From Obrimoposthia wandeli (lineage: Eukaryota): a DNA stretch of 64,000 nt. Positions 28,242 through 41,048 of the stretch are shown here, piece after piece. The stretch covers positions 372,001-436,000 of the forward strand of contig CDROCS010003949.1 of assembly GCA_977020255.1 (NCBI GenBank), given 5' to 3'. The number at the start of each line of letters is the position of its first letter. Positions within the stretch are counted from its first letter, which is position 1. Under the pieces are notes generated by a model, which made no database searches, was not told the origin of the DNA, and was given only the letters and a program-made list of their open reading frames with translations. Made by a program: the position numbers and the translations under genes.

Positions 28242-31200
28242 TTAAGCTCCCTGCTCTCCGCTTAATCTACACAAACGTACAATCGATTTTGTCACTATCT
28301 TGTCTTCACATAACAGTTTCACTACCCTTACTTTTTGGTCATCTCCTTTACAGATCTCCCAGACCTTTCCTAACGGCCATTTTCCTCTTTCAGTCGTCTT
28401 TTCTAGGATCATAACAATATCATTAACCTTAAGATTATTTTTCTTTTCCAGCCATTTCTGTCTAACTGCCCACATAGGGACTACTTCTTCCATCCATATT
28501 TTCCACAATCTTTCCACGATATCTTGCATCAATCTCCATCTAGCTCTCCAAAATTTTGTGTTGCCGAGTAGGATGTCATTTGCCACTCCATCTAATCTTT
28601 AAAAAATATTAGGCGTCCAAGCCCTAAGATCCTCTCCATTTCCGCCAACGTAACTCAAAGGTCTATTAGTCACCAGGTTCTCCACTTCAATCAATACGGT
28701 GTTGAATTCTTCATTTGACATTTCGGCATTTTCCATCACCTTCCTCATCGCTCACTTTACGGATTTTATCATAGCCTCGAACACTCCACCGAAGTGTGGG
28801 CTATTTGGTGGATTGAATATCCATCCTATCTCTTCCTTAAGTAATTCTCTCTTCAGCGCATATCCATCTATCTTTATATCTCCAACCTCTCTCGCGGCAC
28901 CTTTGAAATTAGTGCCTTTGTCAGAAATTATAACTTCCGGTCTACCTCTACGTCCCATAAACCTTTATAGAGCTCTGATGAATCCATCCGTGTCCAATCT
29001 GTACGCCATCTCGAGCTCTTGTTTGTAAACAGGTAAATAAACATATATACCGTTTTTCTCTTACTTGCCTCCTTCCTTGCTTAGTCAAGAAAGGACCGGC
29101 GAAATCTACTCCCACTCTCGCAAATACTCTGAGTGGCTCTTCAAACCTTACCGTGGGTAGCGGAGCCATCATTTGCTGCATGCTTTGAGCCTTAGCTTTT
29201 TTACATAATATACATTCGGTTTCGACTTTTCTTATTAATTGTCGTGCTTTTATTATCCATAAATTCTTCTGTAGCTGATTCAATAAATGTTGAACTCCAG
29301 CATAATGATAATTTCTATCGTGCAGGTTTCTAACGATTAACTTCGGCAACCATCCTTGTCCATCAATTATTATCGGAAACTACTGATCGTAGCTTTAAAA
29401 ACTCTGCATTTACCAATCTAGAACTCGATCTTAATGCACCTCGTTCATCCAAACACAGTTTTAATTTTAATATCGTACTACATCGTAGAGTCTCTTTTTT
29501 GTTCACTAGATCCTGTCTTTCTTTCATAAAACATCTCTGTTGATGATCAATGATCAATTTTTCCATCGCATTCTTTAATTCTTCTACCATTAGTTATCCA
29601 TATACCCGTGATTCCTTCTTCTCTTGACAGTTTCTGATAAATCTATTCATCCAAAAACCTTTCTTAGTTTCATTAAATTCGAGTATCTTTAGATTTCTAA
29701 TCTCTCTTGTTTTACTTGGTTGACAAACAACGTAATTTTCATTTCTGCATCTTCCTTCTTCTTAAACTTCTTATTTATTGGCCACCTTGTAGGTTCAGAC
29801 TTTAAATACTCTGGTCCTTCCCACCACTTAATTGTAGACGCATATTCATTTGCACTCATTCCTCGTGATAACATATCGGCAGGATTTTCCTTCGTTGGCA
29901 CATATCTCCATTGACGAATATATGTATCTTCCTGTATTTTTCCCACTCTATTTGCGACGAATGGCTTATATTGTCTCCCTTGTTGTTTGATCCACCATAA
30001 TACATCTTCGCTATCCGACCAAAATTGTATATCTTTAACATTTTCATTCCATGATTTTGCTGCTACTTTAGCCAATTTTACTTCTTCAACTGACGCCATT
30101 AATTCTAATCTTGGAACACTAATTGTTTTTAATGGTGTGACTTTCGCTTTTGCAACAATTAATATTACTTCCACCTTTTCAGCTTCCTTTGTCCTTACAT
30201 ATGCAACTGTACCGAAAGCTTTTATGGATGCATCTACAAAACATGAATTTCCATTTCCTTATTCTTTGCTATTTTTATCCATCTGGTTATTTGAAATTTC
30301 TGCAACTCTTCACATTGCATAAGCCAATCCATAACTTATTTTTTCATATTTCCTCCTATTTTTTGGTCCCATTCTATTCCTTTCAACCATATCTTCTGCA
30401 TTAGCATCTTTGCTCTTATTGTGAATGGACTGACAAATCCTAATGGGTCGAAAACAGTTGATAAAATACTAAGAAACTCCCTCTTGGTTATTTCAGATCG
30501 GTATTTGATCTCACTTTGAAAAGTAAAGTAGTCTTCACTTGAATTCCTTGAATTCCTAACGTCTTTACTTGTCGTATTCCATCTTCAATCTGAAGTATTT
30601 TTGCTTGATCAGCTGTGAGGATTAACTGATTCACCTTTTCACTACTAGTGATCCATTTTTTAGCTTCCATCTTCGCCCCTCGCCATATTTCTTTTAATTC
30701 CTTAATGGTCTTGGTTGCTTCTTCTTCTGTATCCACCGAACACAATTTGTCATCCATATATGTATTTTCCAAGATTAGCCTTGTACTAGATGGATATTTT
30801 GTCAGAAACCGTTCTGCATTTTCTCTAGTCACCATTTGTGCTAAGAAAGGTGAGGCATTTAATCCAAATACCACTCGTTCGTATTCAAATGTGGTTATTT
30901 CTCCTTTATCGTTACTCCATAAAAATCTTAACCATTACGGCCTTGTCCACTTTCACCCGGAAATACATTTCAGTAATGTCACAGACTAAAGCTATTCTAC
31001 TCTTACGAAATTTCAACATACTCTCCATCAAATCTTCCTGCAACTTAGTACCACAGTTTATGTAATCATTAAGACTCTTCCCATTATTCATTGCCGCTGC
31101 ATCAAACACGATTCTCACCTTTGTAGTTTGTTGATCCCATTTTACTACTGGGAAATGTGGTAAGTACTACTTGGTATTTTTATCTTCTTCTGGTTTTACC

Positions 31201-32012
31201 TCATGTATATAACCTTTTCCCTTCTGTTCCTCGATTATTTTTGCATACTCCTTAGCTAAAACCGGATCTTTGTTTAAACGATTGTGTAAACTTTGCAATA
31301 TCTTTATCGCCATTTGTTTATTAACTTCAAGTTCCATAACCTCTTCTTTCCATGGAATTTTCCCTGTATATCTTCCTTCTTCCATTACCATCACCTTAGC
31401 ACTACTTTCATACATTCCTTTTTCATATTTCGTCATTGTATTACGTTCTTCGGGTAGATGTTATATTTCCCAAAATCGACGTAGTTGGTCATCTAACTTG
31501 GTGTTACTAAAATAACTTATAATGAAATTTATTTGGTTGTTATATATTTTTCCTGAATTGGCCTTTCCCATACATGTATACCCTAATAGTGTCATTCGTG
31601 CAATCGGATCCTTAAACCCTCTCCATCGTTCTTCTAGACATTTACGCATCTCTATCAAATCTGCACCGATCAGCATCTTTACTGCTCTCTCATTATTCGT
31701 AGATGGAAAGCGAATATTTTGTAAATGCTTTGAATTCTTTCCTTCCTCATTCCAATTTACTACTCGTAAATCTCCAGTGACTTCTTTTATTGCCAATGCT
31801 TCTACATTTCGTCGAAAGGATCCACTCAAAATTTGTATCTGGAAAGTCACTAACCTACTTTCTAAATATTTTGTTCTTCCACCAATCACTCCAATTGAAG
31901 TAACATTATTCACTCCTTTTAAACCTAAATAATCAGCTGCTACCTGACTGACGTAGCTAACGGTGCTTGTATCATCCAACAATGCATGTATCTTAATTCT
32001 TAACGGTGTCAT
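28242..32012 (-). pseudogene. pol: BEL/Pao pol (aspartic protease, RT, RNase H, integrase, DUF5641-like tail), many stops and frameshifts
   Basis: ALLDDTS (PR); RIVFDAA, FGLNASPFLA, YMDD (RT); DAS, PRLELMA, WSDS, NPADMLSRG (RH); CILC, GVDFAGP, SDKGTNF, PHFGGVFE (IN); WPLGKV. Confidence 0.95.
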
Positions 32013-32059
32013 AGGCCTCTGATGACAACCCCAGATTATATATTTATCTTAGAGGCTCT

Positions 32060-32835
32060 GATTCCAAATATTGTCACAGATGCAACAGTTTACTTGTTTT
32101 TTCAGCTTCTACATTTCCTATTAATTCTTCAAATACCACCCGTCAACTCTCATACTGGTTCAGTTTTCCATAAAATAAAGGCAGACTAAGCTTCTTAAGC
32201 CTTGCCATCCCCTTATTAGTACTGATGGGTCTTCTGTAGAGAAAAGACTCGACTTCTTGTGCCTTCTTCTTTCCAAGCCTTCCCTTCCGAAGCTCCATAA
32301 TGTTTTGACTCATTATTTCGTATTTCTTCTTCATCTCCTCCAGTTCTTCATTTAGTATTTCTGCCTTCTGCTTATAATCATTTTGTTCTTCTTCAATTTT
32401 AAGTTCTTTCATGAAGCATGAACACACTTCATACGCCTCTTCATATTTATCTAAACATCGAATCTACTATTCATTCCCTGTTGAACTTAAGAACATGTTC
32501 CTAGCTCTCGTCATTTTACTTTTCAGCACCCTCTTCTGGGAATATTTCTTCTCCATTCCATCCATCCCTCCTTTTAAAGCTAACATCAACTGAATGTTAG
32601 CACTTCCTTTTATATTGTAATTCATTAATGTATTTCTATCTTTCAACAGCTTACCTGTAAATATCAATTTCTGTTGAACTGGGGGAATACCTTCTTTCTC
32701 TTGAATTTGTATTTTTAATTTTTTGATAGTGTCGTATGATCGACTATCTATGGTTATTGTTTTTCCGGTCAAGGTTTTAATAAATATTTGAATATATTTT
32801 GACTTGATCTTCTTTTTCTTTAGGACCGAGTCCAC
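32060..32835 (-). pseudogene. Ubiquitin/NEDD8-like domain fused in frame to a BEL Gag N-terminus
   Basis: QIFIKTLTGKTIT...EKEGIPP...LALKGG then MDGMEKK...; same frame as ORF 32143-32427 (LKKLSLPLFYG, DUF1759-like), separated only by TAG TAG at 32469-32464. Confidence 0.8.
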
Positions 32836-33094
32836 AAAACAATCTTCAGCCGTCTTTATTTTATTTAACCTTGCGACCTAATCCGTCGACATTCTCTAAA
32901 TAACTTATGTCTGCTAATGTTAAAAATATTGGTATTTATCCCCAAAAAAAACCTTTTGATCAAAGTGGGGGTTACAGATGAAAAATATAAATTCAAGGAT
33001 GCTTTTAAATTAAATTTTTGGGTTAGAAAGGGTGGTGGCCTTTTTACCACTTGGGCGCCACCATTTTACAAAAACTTATTTAATAGAAGGGTGG

Positions 33095-33931
33095 TCAAAT
33101 TGGTCCTTTGATCAAATGGGCGTCACCAATTCCCGATGGAATGTAAAAAATGTAAATCAATGTACTATTCTCACTTAACACATCTTCAGCTTGTTCACGA
33201 TCACGCAGATATAGTTGAAACTCCAGGCATTGATTCAGCTGCTTTTCACGGTTCAGCCAGGCATCATTTAACTGTTCTCTAACATCAGCGATGCCCTGCG
33301 ACTTCTCTTTGATTTCGCCTTCTGCATAGTGACCAGTTTTCAGCAATTCGTTACCTAAATCTTCGAATGTTCCAGACCTAGCTTCGATTTCAGCTTGATG
33401 TTCCCTATGTCTCTCGAATAAAGCTTCAGCGACAGTGACGTCTTTTGCAAGTTTATCTGAGTTCACGAGACCCGTAATTGTGTTTATCCATGATATTAGA
33501 TATCTATAGTCGGCCAAAAACGTCTGCAAATCAATGGAGTTGAACAACTTAGACTTGTAGTCTTCCGACTTCTTTGTCAAGGCATTCCAAAGCTCATTGA
33601 TCTCTTCTTGGTGCTGACAATTACCTTCAGCTTCATTTTGATGAGTCTGCACCAACTCTGCAACCTTGGAATCCAAAAGCTTTATCCTCTCTCCCAAAGC
33701 TACTAAGTCGCGCTCCAACACATCGTGTTTTCGGAACAACCTCTGCACAGACGTCAAATCTTTATCAACGTCATCAGTATTCAGTCGCGAATCTTTTTCC
33801 TCAATCCATTCTTTAGCTTCTGTGAATATAACCACGCTTTCTGCTACCAATGTATAATCCATGTACGTCATAACATAATCCATATAAATATACACTGCTA
33901 CCATTGTGGGGGTTTCAAATATCAAAAACAT
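33095..33931 (-). CDS. SPTAN1: Chimeric ORF: LTR/PBS-derived N-terminus plus an intronless alpha-spectrin fragment (about two spectrin repeats, ~33823-33185)
   Basis: EAKEWIEEK...DLTSVQRLFRKH...GLVNSDKLAKDVTVAEALFERH...QCLEFQLYLRDREQAE closely follows the central repeats of alpha-spectrin as recalled; 278 codons without a stop. Confidence 0.85.
   Translation of the reverse strand: MFLIFETPTMVAVYIYMDYVMTYMDYTLVAESVVIFTEAKEWIEEKDSRLNTDDVDKDLTSVQRLFRKHDVLERDLVALGERIKLLDSKVAELVQTHQNEAEGNCQHQEEINELWNALTKKSEDYKSKLFNSIDLQTFLADYRYLISWINTITGLVNSDKLAKDVTVAEALFERHREHQAEIEARSGTFEDLGNELLKTGHYAEGEIKEKSQGIADVREQLNDAWLNREKQLNQCLEFQLYLRDREQAEDVLSENSTLIYIFYIPSGIGDAHLIKGPI
33830..33849 (-). promoter_or_regulatory. 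Primer-binding site, initiator tRNA-Met-like
   Basis: TGGTAGCAGA(AA)GCGTGGTT lies 1 nt after the 5' LTR end and is complementary to a ...UCUGCUACCA tRNA 3' end. Confidence 0.7.
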
Positions 33932-34076
33932 AGAGATAACCTTCTTTAACTGTATTTAATTGTACAAACTTTCTAAAATAAACGTACATGCATATTATAA
34001 AAATCAATACACAACATCAATCATAATTTTTTATTAATATCATTTTAATATCATTTCCTAATTACATTTTTCTCCA
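33851..34076 (-). repeat. 5' LTR
   Basis: Direct repeat of 27924-28149. Confidence 0.95.
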
Positions 34077-35679
34077 CTGGCTCTTCGGGCATGCGGTGAT
34101 CTTCTGAGCTTTGTGATATATGATGAAACCAGAGTCAGTATTTCAAAGTTCACGGACACCTGTGAAACAGGCTTGGAAAGTAAAGGCAACGAATGAGATT
34201 GAATTTAATTTTAAAATCATATGTTTTTAATTATTTTTCTTCAGAAAATTCAAATTGTACCATCAATGGAATCAAAAATCATTGTAAGCCAATGTAGCCA
34301 GGAGCTTCCACGAACTCAACTGCGATATCTAATTTGCTTTGGACTGCAACTGGTAAAATGATTTCGTATGTGAAAAGGTAATATGCATTTTTTTCATGCA
34401 TGAATCAAACCAGGTGCAATACGTGCAGAAGGTGCTTGGAGAAGCTTCTCTTATTGCACAGAAGCGAAAACATTGGGCAATGATTCACAAAGACCGGAAT
34501 TTGAAGGTGAGCAAGAAGATTCTCTTGGCAAAGGAGATAGCGATCGCGAAGCAGAGGTAACAACTCTCAGCCAGAAAATGAGGTGAGCATGGGAAGATAC
34601 CATGGCTGATACCACACATCATGCTGCATCATTAAACAGCCAAAATTTGCAGAAAACCTTGGTTGATGTAGGGTTGGATACGTTCTTGATGGAACTAGTC
34701 ACTCCTCAACCGCAACAGTACAACTACATCAGTATCCTTTTTTCAACGGCATCAGCAGCACTCATACCATCAAAATCAACAGTACCCCATACATTCAACA
34801 AATGGACTTCCTGTCTATTTATGAGGAGGTTTGTCAACGATGGTAGGTAGAAAGAGGTTAGACCATTTTCTTTATAAGGCTTCACCTGAAATCCAAAGAG
34901 TAGATGGTGCTACTATTCAGTAGCATCTGAATAATATACACCTAATATTAAAGGTGCTCGTTTGAAAGAAAATTTGATTAATGTGTCAGTAGATTCAAAT
35001 ATTTAGTATCTTTTAAAATCTGAGGTGATCAAATTATGACAGGCTAAATTTCAATTTGGCACAACGGTAGAGTTTTAAAACATCAAAATGGGATGAAAAA
35101 AAAATCTAATTATAGAGAGTTAAGTAGTGAATTCACAATGTGAGCTTCGTTCACTGACATCATTTGTCTTTCAGGGAGCTCATACATTCCTTCACCAACA
35201 TCTCTTCGACTCTCACGTTACATTGTTAATTTACAAAACAGTGATAGCCTTTGCGTATTTGAGATCTAATTACTGATCATAGAGAGCGTGCAAGTAAATA
35301 CTTATTTTTGAAATGATTAACAGTATCATGGAATGAATAAAATTCTGTTAAATTAACTGAAATATCTAAATTTGAACACATGAATAATTTGAAGAGAAAT
35401 TTATTTAAATATTATACAGATGCCAAAGAAAATTTAACAGAGTAAGAATTTTTTAAAAATCCTTTCGTAGATTTACATTCGTGTTTTATAAGAGCTAAAA
35501 TGAAGGAACTCTGATCAAATTAATTTTTCTTGAACACTAAACTTAATTTCACTATGCTGCAATTCCGTATTTAAATGACTTTTAAATCTCGAGATAATAG
35601 AGCCATACCCGTTAAGACAAAGTGTAAGTAGTATCATAGATGTCTACATGGATTAAGATCTTAGATCTCATTCAGCAAA

Positions 35680-37195
35680 CACTTTATATTATTTACACTG
35701 AATCCTGATGACAATACGTTGTTTAGTATGCCCAAAGATAAATATATAAAATTCATGGCTTGAGCAAAAATACATATCCGTTGAATTCAGAGTTTTGAAT
35801 CAGTTTTGGCTTTGCACGACCAGTATGAGAATATTCATCTTCTGGCTTTGGCAGAACTATTATTCTTATGCAAAAATACAACTCACTATCATAAATTTTC
35901 CGGTACAGATTGTATTTAAAATTTCGAGAGTATACGTCTTCAAGACTATAATGAGGCTCGTACATTTTGAAAGAGTAATTGTCGATAGCTTCTATATTAT
36001 ATGCTTTATTATATGAAGTTAGGCATTTATCTTTTAGTTGATGTGTTTCAGTTCTTTAGTGTAAAATCTTTAGCAAAGGATGGGCTAGATCCATTGCATT
36101 TCTTTAGTTTACCTAGTCGTTCATGCGCAATTGCAAAAAAACTCTTCTGATTAATGTTGAGTTACTGCAATATCACGTGATGTATCAAATGTATGACTTT
36201 GATATTTGGTGGAATGAATTTTGTCAACAAACATAATGTTGTCAAAAATCAATCCATGGTGGTTTTGTACATCAACATTAATAATTTTTATCGGTGGTCA
36301 CTTACTCAACATATACAACATTTCAACTTAAAGTGAGTGTATGATAGGAAAGAGTTGAATAAGTTGATGACAGATTTAGCTACTGTTGATACAGTTTCAT
36401 CAAATGTCGGTTATTTGGTTGAGGTTGATTTAACAATCCTTCGTAATGTACACGACAAGTTAGATAATTTTCAAGTTGCACCTGTTCATCAATGTCCACC
36501 TAATTCAAAGGTTATGAAATTATTGCTAACTCATTATGAAAAGTTAAATTATGTAGTACATTGGCGGTTTTTTCCATTATATTTAAAGCTGGGAGTGAAA
36601 GTCACTCGAATTCATCGGGCTATAAGCTTCAGTCAAAACTTTGCGTTTAATGACTATATTGAAAAGAATTCGAGAAAACGAAATTTGACTACTAACAAAT
36701 TCGATTGATATTTTTACAAGTTAAAAAGTAATAATCTCTTTGGTAAAACTGTAGAGGACTTGCAGAAACGTATTTGATTACGGTTTTGCAATGATACGCG
36801 TAAGTTAATAACATATTCTAACAAGTACAACTTCAAGCTTAGTTTTACAATTGCAGATGACTTGATAGCAGTGCTATTAGGAAAGCAGAGTATTTGACTC
36901 GATCGACCGAGTTATATAGGTCAAACGGTTTTAGACATTTCGAAACTCTGAATCTATGAGCTCCAATATAGAGAAATATCAACACGAATTCAATTGTGGG
37001 ATCAAAATTGCAGCTGGGGACACTGACTCTTTCTTTTTAAAATGTAGGAATGTTAGTTTACAAAGCTAATTATTAACTGCAATGTTTAAGGATAACTTAT
37101 TTGATATCCATAAATATCCCTTAAATCATGAGTCGTAATGACAAGCGCTTTTTGGTATAAAAGAACGCTACCCTGCTTATAGACACTTCTGAATT
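35680..37195 (+). pseudogene. polB: Protein-primed PolB remnant (element B)
   Basis: DGLDPLHFFSLP, VGYLVEVDL, KLLLTH, NNLFGKTVE, DRPSYIGQ and AAGDTDS in broken frames. Confidence 0.9.
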
Positions 37196-37469
37196 TAAAC
37201 GGTTTCCTTTATTTGATTTATTTTTTAGTTGATTTAAAATTTAGATCCCAATGGCACCTTTAGTCTAACTATAGGTTTCGATACATTTTTGGTTTGGCCT
37301 CATTTCTCATAATTTCTGACAGATCTACGTATTATGGGATATTTTATTGTTGAATAAATGTATATTACAAAACGTCTTATGCCTTTAATATTATTCATAT
37401 TGTGTAGGGTTTAAAAAAATCAAAAAATATATGTATTTTAAAATTTTTATTATAATAACACATTATTCG

Positions 37470-37745
37470 TTTTGAAACTATAACTATCAAATCCATAAAT
37501 GTCCACAGTTTCTCGTTGATTGAATCCTGGAATTTTATCATGTTATAAAATACTCTTCTCCGTTCTTTTTGAACAGTCGAAACAAGCTTGTGCGGATAAT
37601 TGCAAGTGGATCAAATACATGTATTAACATTACACTCTTTAACATTAATAGCTATCCAGTGTTCTCCTGATAAATTTGAAGTACGAGTATTGATAATGTA
37701 GCCTCCAGGTTTGAAAAAAAGAATCATATCAATTAGATAAACTCC
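37470..37745 (-). pseudogene. Adenain-like protease remnant (element B)
   Basis: Reverse complement matches 49200-49450 (GEHW region, RNCGHL). Confidence 0.8.
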
Positions 37746-38279
37746 ATTAAAACAAATGTTAAGAATAAACATTGGTTTTTAAACTCATTGAATGAAATAC
37801 CATTGTTTATATTTTTTATTTAGTTGACCCAAATTTTGAATAATCGATTGTGTATAAGCCAGGGCATAAACCTTACCTTCAAAATTTGTTTTATAGGTTT
37901 CGCAATAATCACGGTGTATTGAAAGTATCACTGAATCCACATTTATATGATAAAATTTTGTAACATCTATCGCATAATTTCCTAGAAACTTTGCAATTTT
38001 TTAAATGATTTTTTTAAAGTTGGCTAATCTTACATAACCAAATATTTTATTCTTATAAAAAACTTGCGTACCCATACCCAATGAGTATGTTATAACTTAA
38101 TTTCTCTAATAGGATAATAATCTTTTTTTCCATTTCTATATTATGTGACATTAAAACAGATTGCTGGGTTTTAACTCTAGTGGACATCAAGTTTTGCATC
38201 CAAAATATCAAGTCTATGTTTTAATTATTTAGTTATTTTATTCAATTTATTATTTTTTAAACTAATATGAACATCAACA

Positions 38280-38799
38280 TCAAATTTTAAATATTTAGGT
38301 TGCTCAAATAAATTTACTCTCATGTACCCACGCATTTCGTAATATTTAGAACCTGCAATCCAATTTTAGCAAGCTATAGCCGTTTTTATCGAAACAAATT
38401 GTTACCAAATTAGTATTTTGGGTATCAGTACTATAATTCAATAGACTTTCAATCAAAGCTTCATAGAAGAATTCCCACCTTCAATTTTAACATTATTAAG
38501 AGTAACAACGGCATTATTAAATAAAGAATAAAATAAGTAATTAAGATATGTCACATCTACATTATCTGATAAATTAGTACCATCTCGATTTGTTACTTTT
38601 GATTGAACATAAAGCAAAGTATCATTCAAATCTAAATAATCAATTTTGAAACCATTAATATTAAATTCTAAATCGGTTCAGGTTGTTCCCGAAACTGAGT
38701 TAACAAGAAATATATTTTTCAAGTTAAGCATTATATACCACAATTTGTTTGTGGCAGTGGTTTATCAAAAATACCTTATTTAGTTTTAGCGCAACTCAT
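38280..38799 (-). pseudogene. Major capsid protein, N-terminal half (element B)
   Basis: ATGAGTTGCGCTAAAACT start at 38799 matches 47845; 3' half deleted. Confidence 0.85.
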
Positions 38800-39179
38800 T
38801 TTACAAATATTGTTCCTTCAACTTTCATTTAAACGTTTGTTTATTGCAAAATTTTGCTTCTGTTTACGTTTAAATCTTTTTTCTTTTTGACTTTTACTTG
38901 ATTTATCTTTTTTTTAATTAAATTAGCAACGTCTGATAGAACATTATCAAGTTCATTAAGTGCATACTTCTTAAAAGTTGGTATTAATTTATTATCCTTA
39001 GATGAAAGGTAGTCCTTTCCTAATTTTGATATAAATCGCCCGAGTCTCTTCAAAAGAGGAACGGCAAATCTACCTATTGTTCTAAACCAACGGGATCCAT
39101 ATTGCTTACCAACAAAATATGGCTATTCATCACCTTGTTGGCTATTACTATATGCTTTAATTCTTGTCGAATTTGTCAT
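38796..39179 (-). pseudogene. Virion core/cement-type protein remnant (element B)
   Basis: KRLGRFISKLGKDYLSSKDNKLIPTFKK matches 47471-47848. Confidence 0.85.
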
Positions 39180-40219
39180 TTCGTTTTCTTAAATGTTTTG
39201 TTAAACTTGTCTTGTCTCCATATGTAAAATCCCTTAATTCTTAGGAATCATCTCTACATTTTGCTTCAATATAGTTCATAGATAATAAGGCAAACTTGAA
39301 GATACATTGGTTGATCTATAAATTCTATACGAATACCGACAACTTCCCCAATTTTAGTTTGACCTTCAGATATCCAAATTGTTCTCAAAATTGGTATTCG
39401 CAGTCTTCCTACAAGCGTTGGTTCTATTAAACTAGTATAAATATATAACTGTTTAATAGCATTTAAAGGTTTTGCCTGATTTTTAGCTTTAATGGTATTA
39501 CTTTATGTGTTTCAAAGGTATTTCCTGTTAACCCAAGGTTTTTAGCGAGTTTATTTTCAAAGGAAACCCGTTTTATACTGCTCTTTACTGTAAACGTCAA
39601 TTTACAATTTTTTAATGTTACACATTTATCCAAATATTCACTAAATTTCTTTATTATAAATTTACATAAATTCACTTCACTATCTATTTTATAATCTTTT
39701 GAAAACCTTTTCTGTTCTAGTACATTTTAAAATCTAGTATTAGTTAGCAACCGTTTGGCTACTCTACCATGAACATTTCTAACCGATTTACATAAAACAA
39801 TATCTTGTTTAAAATTACCTATCGGATTTTCGTTATCGAAACCGAATTGAAGAGCTTCTTTTTTATATTCAAATGTCAATTGATTAAGTTCTAATAGACT
39901 TTTATATACTATTTTTTAAAATTTCAAATAATGCTTTCACTTCTTTATCTATACAATCGAAATATAATTTTCAGTTATTGTAACACCCAATCACAACATT
40001 ATATGTTTCATCATTATTATTTTCTTTTGAAAATGAAATATGAAAGTTTTGCTGATAGTAATTGGATAATAATAAAAGTTAATTCTAATAAAGCCTCTTC
40101 CCATTCTCTTTGAAGATTTATAGAATTTTCTCAATCAATAATAAAGCTACTAGCATCATTATTCTGCTGAGTCTTTGCACATATGTTAGTAGGTAAAACT
40201 ATATATACAAAGATTTCAT
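39170..40219 (-). pseudogene. Minor capsid (penton-like) remnant (element B)
   Basis: ORF 39463-39675 and flanks match 46443-47493. Confidence 0.8.
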
Positions 40220-40860
40220 ATTATATACGATGTTGATATCCAAGTAGGATCTCAATAACTATGCCATTTAACAAAGTATTGTTTATGTTTACTAGTACCC
40301 GTAGATTTTAATATTTTTTGAATACGGAAAACGCTATGTTTATTTGATATTACTTGTAGTTCTTGCTTATAAAATTTGCCATGAACGATATTATTGTCAG
40401 CATCTTTAATAGTATACATTATTGGATTACTCTTTTAGATCAATTTTACTTATACGACATATTTCATTGTTTTTTTTAATTGGAGTAGAGCTAATTTAAA
40501 AAACTCTAACATATTAATTTTTTTCTATTTTGCTTTACTAATAATTTTTATCTTATTTCTGTTTATCCATATATTCATAAAACATCTACCGATCTCATTC
40601 CCTTGAAACTCATATGATCAGAGTGGTTATATGCATGTATTATTTTGGCAAAACTTTGATTCACTTTTTATCTCCTTCTTTTATGAAATACTTTTAGTCG
40701 TTTTCTTAAAGTATGATTAAATCTATCTAATAATTCTGTTCTGTATTGCGAAGAAACCGAGAATTGGATTAAATTACTTTGTTTAAATAATGATTTAACT
40801 TGTTGAGTATACAGTTTTTTTCTTAAGTCAGTTTTCACATTTTGCTTAATGTCATATTTT
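40216..40860 (-). pseudogene. Integrase-chromodomain remnant (element B)
   Basis: Reverse complement matches 45800-46446. Confidence 0.8.
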
Positions 40861-40952
40861 AAAATTTCTGTTAATTACATGTTAAAATATATTTGTATTC
40901 ATTATTAATAGAAGAGTATAGAAGCATCTCCATTTGTTCAAAGCTTTAAAAT

Positions 40953-41048
40953 CAGACATGCTTCTTTGTATTTTCACCATTTAATAAAAAATCATTAAAT
41001 ATGAAAACAATCATTTTAAAATGGTGAAAATACAAAGAAGCATGTCTG
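40953..41048. repeat. Perfect 30-bp inverted repeat with a 36-nt spacer
   Basis: CAGACATGCTTCTTTGTATTTTCACCATTT (40953-40982) and its exact reverse complement (41019-41048). Confidence 0.9.

Larger units (their letters stand above)
27924..34076 (-). mobile_element. BEL/Pao LTR retrotransposon, non-autonomous, with captured host sequence
   Basis: Two 226-bp TG...CA LTRs, 5-bp TSD ATGGC/CTGGC (one mismatch), PBS, purine-rich AAGGTGGTGAGTA before the 3' LTR, and a BEL-type PR-RT-RH-IN-DUF5641 order. Confidence 0.93.

Noticed and set aside
28300-31932. Plus-strand ORFs over the BEL pol (e.g. 28300-28602, 31522-31932)
   Set aside because: Antisense shadows of the minus-strand pol reading frame.
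34080-34850. Spliced-looking, Gln/His-rich remnant inside element B
   Set aside because: Splice signals are present, but every frame has stops and there is no homology to other parts of the window, so no product can be supported.
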